A program made the translations under genes and the position numbers. DNA of 64,000 nucleotides from Phyllobates terribilis (Eukaryota). The DNA lies in assembly GCF_046119375.1 (NCBI RefSeq), contig NW_027362768.1, positions 327,980,001 through 328,044,000 of the forward strand. The letters run 5' to 3'. Below the pieces are notes generated by a model, which ran no database searches, was not told the origin of the DNA, and worked only from the letters and a program-made list of their open reading frames with translations. This document shows, piece by piece, positions 58,954-64,000 of this stretch. Every line of letters begins with the position of its first letter. The stretch's first letter is position 1.

Positions 58954-61430
58954 TAGTATTATTTGCAGGTGATTATTTTGGTTTTCAATTTACTTAGATC
59001 AAGATGTGCTACAATACTAGAGTTCACCAATCATCAGGGGTGACATTGTTTTGGGATGAAAGCAGCCATGTTTTTGTAATTTGATAAGACGCATTGTTAG
59101 CATACACTCCTGTGTGTTTTTTTTCTTTGAATAATTGAGGCATTTTCTTCATCTGGCCTGATGGTGTATAATAGTCTATTGATAGATAGATGTTAGATGA
59201 GCAGTGTAGTCGTTTGGAGCCCACTAGAAAGTTTTCCTGATAATGTACATATTCAGTGATCGATGTTGGTGGAGATTTTAAGACTTCCTCCAACTATCTA
59301 AATGAAGTTGTTATATCTTCTCTATAGAGGGCACCTATTGCCCCTTCCAATCACAGTCTCCCCCCAGACCTCCTGGGCACCCATGCAACGTCCGGAGCGA
59401 ACCGATCCTCCCTTACCCAAATGTTAGGTTCCAAAGTGGAATTCGAGGGTCGCTCCCTCTAACGGTGGCATCATAAAAAACCTCAATCAGTAATGCATCA
59501 TAGGTCTATCGTATGGACATAGATGCTGTTGAGGTTTATGCAACACCAGTCTCCAAAATAGAAGCAATGTGGCTTAAATGCTGTGTGTCAAGGCTCCACA
59601 ATAATGTTTTCTAGCATTGCTGTCGCTGCTGGTGTATACCCCATGCTGATTGTTTCCATCATGCTAGCATGCTAAGACATTGCTACGCCTTTGTGTATTG
59701 TCAGCAGCTTTCCCTGACCCCCACCCATCATGTCGTCCTCCCTGCTTGTCAGAAGTGTCGCCTTGGCCTAAACACATCCTCATCATTACTGTCTATATAA
59801 CTACATATATGTCAGCTCTTCGTCATAAAAAGTTTGATACTTTTAAAGGGGATGCTCCGGACCAAACTAATTATATACTGGTGTAGAGAGGATGCTTTTA
59901 ATGTAACAGCAGGAGACAGGGGTCATCAAGATAGTTGGAGACTCTATGAAAATGACCAAATATTAAAGGTGGATCAGTCACTATTTTATCCTGCCCTCAG
60001 AGCAGGAAGAATAAAGCTGGTATTACGTTACTTTTTAAAGGAGTCATCCTGCTAAAACACTTATCCCCTGGATAGATGGATAAGTGTTCAGTTGGTGATG
60101 GTCCAATGACTGGGAGCCTCACCGATGTTGAGAATAAGGGTACTGTATCCCCTGAGCAAATGGTGTGGTAGACCGCTGCAGGGAGTATTGGTTACACATG
60201 TGGACTATTCCTCCATCGAAGAGAGTTGAGCGATTGCATTACTGCGCTATTTACACAAGGGGCCACATTCTTGTACTCAGTGGGGGGCCCAGTGGTTGAA
60301 TCTCACCGATCATACAGTGATCACCTTATCTTTCTGTGCTTTGCTATAAACCTCTACCTGCTGGGAGGGCAGCATAAAGATCTGCCCCTCTATTAATTAA
60401 AATAACATACAAGTATACAGTCAGAAGCCTGAACTGTGTTTTCCTTCATTACAACTGTGTAGCAGGAGCTGTCCAATGATAATCACTAACTGTGATGAGA
60501 GTTTCTGATTCCTCCATGTATTACTTCTAGACTCTCTATTTTTGGCACAGTATTAGGATGTATCTTCCCTTTGAAGCTGACGTAAGCCAAAATAAAGAAC
60601 CTTTTTTCCACCTCTGTATAAAAAAGTCTACAGCTGTATGTTATGTATTAAAGACTGGTACAAGTGCTACATCACCGCAGTGTATACAGAGGATGGTTTG
60701 TGACTGATTTTCATAGCTTCATAGATTTTTTTTTTCTTCATAAAAAGATCTATGTGCTTGCTTGCTAAGGCTGCTCTGTGATTGGTTGCAAGTTATGATA
60801 AATCTGCCTCAATGTATTTAGTGTGGCCATAGAACCCATTATTATTTACATAGTTGATTTTATTCAGAACAGTAGAAATAAAGTTCAGTTACAGAAGGAC
60901 TTTTAATTTCTTGCCTTGATAGCTTTCCTTAAGAGCATTAAAACTCCTGTTCCTATGGTCATCATAAAGAGGCAAGTCCCACCTCAGGGACTCCTAGCGA
61001 TCGCCAGAATTAGGGACTTATGTATCCAGATCTTCCCTGGCTTCAAAAATGTGGCCCTGAGTAATACATGATTAGCCACTACATTCTATGTGCCCTGCTG
61101 CCACATTCATTTTCTATGGGAGTGAGGATGATGACCGAACAGTAATCATCTATCCATTGGATAGTTGTTAATTTTTGTAGATTGGAATATCCCTTTAAGA
61201 AAAAACTAAGGAAGCTTACGAGTATTAATAAAGTGGGTGAACAAAATTCCTGGGTGGAAATGTTAAAGAAGAAAAAAAGCCCCCATTACTGTAAGCACTT
61301 TTTTTTGTTATTCCTGATGACCGACCGATGAGTAATATTGTTTTTATGTGTTTTGTCTAAGATGTTATTGATCGGTGTCCCTTTTTTTTCTTCCTCTGCT
61401 GTCTTCTATGTAGAGCATGCATCATTTTGA
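19512..61430 (+). CDS. PXK: PX domain-containing protein kinase-like protein (pseudokinase, MONaKA); short isoform 513 aa complete, long WH2 isoform probably ends beyond the window
   Basis: 17 exons totalling 1525 nt plus 17 nt in the stop cassette, all GT-AG and phase-consistent, matching recalled human PXK from MAFMEKP to SPTPPST. The kinase-like domain has YGHLHASN instead of HRD and no DFG. Confidence 0.97.
23039..23699. mobile_element. Harbinger-type MITE (661 bp)
   Basis: 17/18 TIR gggctctttcacacgtcc / ggacttgtgaaagagccc with TTA TSD on both sides. Confidence 0.85.
24654..24764. repeat. 24-bp GC-rich tandem repeat (~4.6 copies)
   Basis: Unit ccctgctttgccccggcgcgcgtt. Confidence 0.9.
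25840..26640 (-). mobile_element. Penelope-like element 3' fragment (GIY-YIG endonuclease + pseudo-LTR)
   Basis: - strand reads PCNQKKCKTCPFI...FSCITSNVVYLIIICTKCPAGGLYVGETGQKLRTRMNHHR...VAKHF...GMN*, the typical PLE Cys-rich linker and GIY-YIG domain; stop at 26164. Confidence 0.92.
25898..25936 (-). ncRNA. Minimal type I hammerhead ribozyme motif in the PLE pseudo-LTR
   Basis: - strand: UGC CUGAUGA A GAGAC cugcgua GUCUC GAAA GC UU GCA; 5-bp stem II, palindromic AGCU stem III, 3-bp stem I. Confidence 0.75.
26655..27205. mobile_element. Palindromic TTAA-targeting MITE (Kolobok/T2-like)
   Basis: TTAA on both flanks; arms of ~230 bp are reverse complements (e.g. tgttcctgtgctgagataatcttataaatgtgcccctgctg / cagcaggggcacatttataagattatctcagcacaggaaca). 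Confidence 0.85.
28700..29330 (+). pseudogene. Decayed Tc1-like transposase fragment
   Basis: Frameshifted pieces read SGINISTNT, MEWCK, SDGS (WSDES-like), VWVW, GPLV, KGNLN, HDCA and QSPDLSPI. Confidence 0.8.
30255..30850 (+). repeat. ~87-bp tandem repeat family, array 1
   Basis: Unit atatacagtagataacacaggatccaccattcacaataggtgatgtcacagctcacctcctcctgtacaatgactgataacacctct. Confidence 0.9.
31680..32400 (+). repeat. ~87-bp repeat family, array 2, with an internal inversion
   Basis: Same unit at 31740-31970; 32185-32335 is an inverted copy of ~31990-32160. Confidence 0.8.
33450..33500 (+). CDS. PXK: PXK exon 2
   Basis: EYIIRVQRGISMENSWQ. Confidence 0.96.
33849..34340. mobile_element. TTAA-flanked MITE (T2/Kolobok-like)
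   Basis: ttaa|aggg start, ctct|ttaa end, central palindrome gagatgacggttggtgctcataaagttctatggag / ctccatagaactttatgagcaccaactgtcatctc. Confidence 0.65.
34601..34648 (+). CDS. PXK: PXK exon 3
   Basis: IIRRYSDFDMLNNSLQ (PX RRYSDF motif). Confidence 0.96.
36385..36857. repeat. 36-bp GC-rich VNTR (~13 copies)
   Basis: Unit gcagggccgggcctcctgcagccgccgacccttccg. Confidence 0.95.
37636..38247. repeat. 37-bp GC-rich VNTR (~16 copies)
   Basis: Unit cccgtcccaacgctcccgtccatctgggagcccggag; unit starts at 37981 and 38018. Confidence 0.95.
38311..38497 (+). CDS. PXK: PXK exon 4
   Basis: ISGLSLPLPPKKLIGNMDREFIAERQKGLQNYL...FLDPSNYSANYT. Confidence 0.96.
39051..39451. mobile_element. TTAA-type palindromic MITE
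   Basis: ttaa|agggtagttcccaaaatcac ... gtgatttggagaataacct, with inverted internal arms; related segments near 46160-46560 and 55650-55980. Confidence 0.55.
40615..40692 (+). CDS. PXK: PXK exon 5
   Basis: EIALQQVSMFFRSEPKFEVVEPLKDI. Confidence 0.96.
40783..40856 (+). CDS. PXK: PXK exon 6
   Basis: GWRLRKRYFLMKCKSQPKEPLVLSW. Confidence 0.96.
41946..42020 (+). CDS. PXK: PXK exon 7
   Basis: ADLGPDKYLQDKDFQCAIKLLPSWT. Confidence 0.96.
43233..43337 (+). CDS. PXK: PXK exon 8
   Basis: HPYIHRVTFATASESSALVIRPFNEKGTLKDLIYK. Confidence 0.96.
43765..44808. repeat. 45-bp VNTR (~23 copies)
   Basis: Unit cccaggctgcagcgagcctctgtcttgcattattgtggaaatccg; 15-aa periodicity in the ORF track. Confidence 0.95.
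44896..44997 (+). CDS. PXK: PXK exon 9
   Basis: AKPKDPFLKKYCNPRKIQGLDLQQIKTLGRQILE. Confidence 0.96.
45007..45630 (-). mobile_element. 5'-truncated CR1 LINE (RT C-terminus + 3' UTR)
   Basis: KANTILGCINRSIQSRSREVI..LYSSLVRPHLEYCVQFWAP...LRGDLIAVYKY; ends in the CR1 (ATTCTATG)n tail at 45007-45020. Confidence 0.95.
46632..46793 (+). CDS. PXK: PXK exon 10
   Basis: VLKFLHDRGFPYGHLHASNVMLEGETCRLMDLENSLLGLPSFYRSYFTQFRKIN. Confidence 0.96.
46995..47840. repeat. ~70-72-bp degenerate tandem repeat (~12 copies)
   Basis: Unit approx. atgtagtagatgttacctgcagtcctatgtaacaccacagataacacagtgataaccccctgaaatacatata. Confidence 0.9.
48034..48892. mobile_element. Harbinger-type non-autonomous element (859 bp), inverted relative of 6531-7380
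   Basis: TIRs ggctgtgttcacacgatgc / gcatcgtgtgcacataccc, TTA TSDs; internal sequence is the reverse complement of the 6.5-kb copy. Confidence 0.85.
48974..49091 (+). CDS. PXK: PXK exon 11
   Basis: TLESIDVHCFGHLLYEMTYGRPPDYVPVDQFPPAPSISV. Confidence 0.96.
49840..50520. repeat. 38-bp tandem repeat (~17 copies, degenerate at the edges)
   Basis: Unit cagctatgttcttctccagcatataaaccctttagaaa. Confidence 0.9.
52044..52611. repeat. 23-bp GC-rich VNTR (~24 near-perfect copies)
   Basis: Unit cccccgccgctcccttcgaagag. Confidence 0.96.
53164..53242 (+). CDS. PXK: PXK exon 12
   Basis: VSVLESILSCEACKSGMPSVSQLLQMP. Confidence 0.96.
53599..53647 (+). CDS. PXK: PXK exon 13
   Basis: LFSDVALMNTEKPQFK. Confidence 0.95.
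54920..54933 (-). promoter_or_regulatory. CTCF-like motif
   Basis: CCAATAGGTGGCAC on the - strand; similar motifs at 10180-10193 (+) and 13330-13343 (+). Motif match only. Confidence 0.4.
55536..55613 (+). CDS. PXK: PXK exon 14
   Basis: IPTKLKEALKTAKECMEKRLAEEQKL. Confidence 0.96.
56345..56431 (+). CDS. PXK: PXK exon 15
   Basis: IYQHRRLTRAQSHHGSEEEKKKRKILARK. Confidence 0.96.
56813..56882 (+). CDS. PXK: PXK exon 16
   Basis: KSKRTNCESGEEQSAKCNNSNNS. Confidence 0.93.
57399..57458 (+). CDS. PXK: PXK exon 17
   Basis: GSGTSSPLTSPSSPTPPSTA; donor cag|gtcggt. Confidence 0.93.
57924..57935 (+). CDS. PXK: Candidate 12-nt PXK microexon (EQLQ)
   Basis: TACTAAC at 57900-57906, pyrimidine tract, aag acceptor, AACAGCTCCAAG, donor aag|gtaagt; frame-preserving in a phase-1 intron. 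No transcript evidence. Confidence 0.5.
58884..58951. repeat. (AC)n microsatellite (~34 units)
   Basis: Direct inspection. Confidence 0.97.
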
Positions 61431-61443
61431 ACGTGAAATATCG
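61414..61443 (+). CDS. PXK: PXK stop-containing cassette exon (EHASF*), short isoform lacking WH2
   Basis: Long pyrimidine tract + tag|AG CAT GCA TCA TTT TGA (stop 61428-61430), donor tcg|gtaaag; resembles the mammalian short-isoform C-terminus (VEHAPF, recalled from memory). Confidence 0.8.
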
Positions 61444-61935
61444 GTAAAGTAAGCAAAATGCTTCTTTTGTCGCTAAAAAAAATGCCAGTTGTTACCATAC
61501 GAGGGCAGTGTGGAGTATTGCCCCATAACCACACTGCTCTGTGTCCCTTTATTATTTTACATTTTTGCAGAATTAAATTTTTCTTTAATAAAATTCTTTT
61601 GCCATTTGCATTTCACCTATGAACCAGGTTGGAGCTCTCCTGCTTGGGGTAGAATGATGGGGGCAAAAAGACTCTAGGACCATTTAAGTAACTGCCAGAC
61701 ATTTCCTCCCCCATCAGCTGGAGTGTAGTATTATATACAGAGGCAATGCATAGCTGCCAACAGTCTGGATTTTACCGGGGCAGTTGCGGACAAAGGAGCA
61801 CAAACACCACCCAAAAGTGGGTGTTCCTTGGTTGCGGGCAGTCACAGGCTAATGTTCTGGTTTTGCCTATTACAATGTGGCCATTAATGGTAATACAGCA
61901 AACAGAGATTTAGAAAAATCTTTGTGTTAGATTAA

Positions 61936-63315
61936 AGGCCCCGTCACACATAACGAGATCGCTGATGAGTCACGTTTTGGTGACGCAATAGCGATCTCTC
62001 TAGCGATCTCGTTATGTGTGACAGGTAGCAACGATCAGGCCCCTGCTGTGAGATCGCTGATTGTTACAAAGCTTCCTGGACCATTCCTGGGTCGTTGCGC
62101 TCCCGCTGGGCAGGGTGCATCGCTGTATTTGACACCTTGTCAACGACCTCGCTAGCGATTCAGAACGGAGACACGTAGAGGTGCATAAATTGGACTTTTC
62201 TGCGTTCATCGTCCCCGATTGGTGGTCGCTACTGCGTCCTTGTTTTTTCAGATCCCACCAGCGTTCTCCGGCTGTGACTCCACTTTGAACAAATCAGACA
62301 TCTTTAGCGAAGTAGGTATTGTTTGGGGTCTCAAATGAGTTTCCATTTTTAATTCATTTATAGGACATCTACCAATTATCTGCTATCATTGCTCTTCAGG
62401 GAGTGAGGGCTTGGCTTCAATAGCGATCTCGTTATGTGTGACGGGGCACCAGGACCGTTAAAATACTGGCAGCAGTTGTCGCGGCAGGTCTTCGCATCGT
62501 GGGTGTTTCTGCCATGTCCCACTGGTTGAAGGCCTGCAATTGCAGGATCGTTTGCACGCTATTCACAGAGCTCCACTTCCCCATTGGCTCGGTCCAGAGT
62601 CCACAAAGCCAGGCGGACAGTACGTAATTGCATCACGTCGACGAAGAAAGTTTTGAAGCGTGCAACAGGCCAAAAGAACAGAGTCTATTGATTTCAGCTT
62701 CATGTTAATTGGCGTATGAAAAACTCTGAAGCGGTTGGCCACGACAGCGTGTCAGAAAACGTGCTGTGTGGGTGTGTGTGCACGAGACCCCTAAAATATC
62801 TGCCCATGCAAAAGCATATATATATACAGATAGAAGCCAAGCCCTCCCTCCCTGAAGAGCAATGATAGCAGATAATTGGTAGATGTCCTATAAATGAATT
62901 AAAAATGGAAACTCATTTAAGACCCCAAACAATACCTACTTCGCTAAAGATGTGTAATTTGTTCAAAGTGGAGTCACAGCCGGAGAACGCTGGTGGGATC
63001 TGAAAAAACAAGGACGCAGTAGCGACCACCAATCGGGGACGATGAACGCAGAAAAGTCCAATTTATGCACCTCTACGTGTCTCAGTTCTGAATCGCTAGC
63101 GAGGTCGTTGACAAGGTGTCAAATACAGCGATGCACCCTGCCCAGCGGGAGCGCAACGACCCAGGAATGGTCCAGGAAGCTTTGTAACGATCAGCGATCT
63201 CACAGCAGGGGCCTGATCGTTGCTACCTGTCAGACATAACGAGATTGCTATTGCGTCACCAAAACGTGACTCATCAGCGATCTCGCTAGCGATCTCGTTA
63301 TGTGTGACGGGGCCT
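61936..63315. mobile_element. PIF/Harbinger deletion derivative with ~480-bp inverted arms and a transposase C-terminal remnant
   Basis: Arms 61936-62418 and 62833-63315 are near-identical reverse complements. The spacer (- strand, 62742-62445) reads VANRFRVFHTPINMKLKSIDSVLLACCTLQNFLRRR..YCPPGFVD...AKTCRDNCCQYFNGPGA. Confidence 0.85.
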
Positions 63316-63494
63316 TTACTTGCAGGACCCCTCACCCTCCACAAAAACAAACAAACAAAAAAAAACACTTCTGGAAATGGTCAAATCAACCATTACGTCT
63401 AGTACCAGACTTGTACTACTTTTTCTCTACAGAGGACTTTTCAGCAGTCTCATTATCATCAGAGACTGTGTGCTCCTAACAGGTAACTCCCCTA

Positions 63495-63742
63495 TATACA
63501 TTAGATAATACAAGATCCACCATTCACAATAGGTGATATCACAGCTCACCTCCTCCTGTACAATGACTGATAACACCTCTATATACAGTAGATAACACAG
63601 GATCCACTATTCACAATAGGTGATATCACAGCTCACCTCCTCCTGTACAATGACTGATAACACCTCTATATACAGTAGATAACACAGGATCCACTATTCA
63701 CAATAGGTGATGTCACAGCTCACCTCCTCCTGTACAATGACC
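63495..63742 (+). repeat. 87-bp repeat family, array 3
   Basis: Unit starts at 63541 and 63628; same family as at 30.3 and 31.7 kb. Confidence 0.9.
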
Positions 63743-64000
63743 TCTGCCCAGATTAGAAGATAATCATTACATACTTTGGCTCAGACTTTTCTTAGCTGTA
63801 GTATTTGTTGCTGCCAATTTACATGTGGCTTTCCAGAAAGTATAGGAAATGGAAGTCGAACATAAATCTTTGTTTCCAGTATGAAAATGACAAAATGTAA
63901 GTTTGTTTTTTTTCTTTTTGAGTAGATTACAATATGAAAAAAAAAAAAAAAAAAATCGGCACAACTAATTTGCCTCTTCAAAAGCACTGATCTATGTATG

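Noticed and set aside
59329-59480. Pro-rich open stretch after a tctatag acceptor as the PXK terminal WH2 exon
   Set aside because: Translation lacks the poly-Pro run and the RGALLSSIQNF WH2 motif; the true last exon is probably outside the window.
58670-60510. GTGATGA...CTGA boxes resembling C/D snoRNAs at ~58703 and ~60493
   Set aside because: Both sit in the same short dispersed repeat (gcaggagctgtc...aactgtgatgag), with no terminal stem or recognisable guide.
61962-61988. Hammerhead-like CTGATGA-GTCAC..GTGAC-GCAA (mirrored near 63250-63275)
   Set aside because: Has GCAA instead of the essential GAAA and no NUH/stem III; explained by the palindromic transposon end.

Overview
Vertebrate genomic DNA, most likely a frog (inferred from the repeat landscape and divergence from human orthologues), covering the conserved RPP14-HTD2-PXK block on the + strand. 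1-5188: a decayed Ty3/Gypsy chromovirus of the Tf1/sushi type on the - strand, with one full LTR, gag, a PEG10-like -1 frameshift signal, and PR-RT-RH-IN-chromodomain running off the window edge. 5.2-9.6 kb: two minisatellite arrays and a Harbinger-type MITE. 10.1-17.3 kb: RPP14 (putative non-coding exon 1 plus 5 coding exons, 129 aa), followed 12 nt after its stop, in the same exon and frame, by the intronless HTD2 ORF (163 aa). 19.5-61.4 kb: PXK, with 17 exons mapped with GT-AG junctions and phases, plus a stop-containing cassette exon; the WH2-encoding last exon was not found and probably lies beyond the window. The introns hold a Penelope-like element with a hammerhead ribozyme motif, Tc1, CR1 and Harbinger remnants, TTAA MITEs and many VNTRs. 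Best leads: the translation/splicing architecture of the RPP14-HTD2 bicistronic mRNA, a candidate 12-nt PXK microexon with textbook splice signals, the self-priming signal of the retrotransposon, and the hammerhead. All alignments were done by eye or from recalled human protein sequences; no searches were run.
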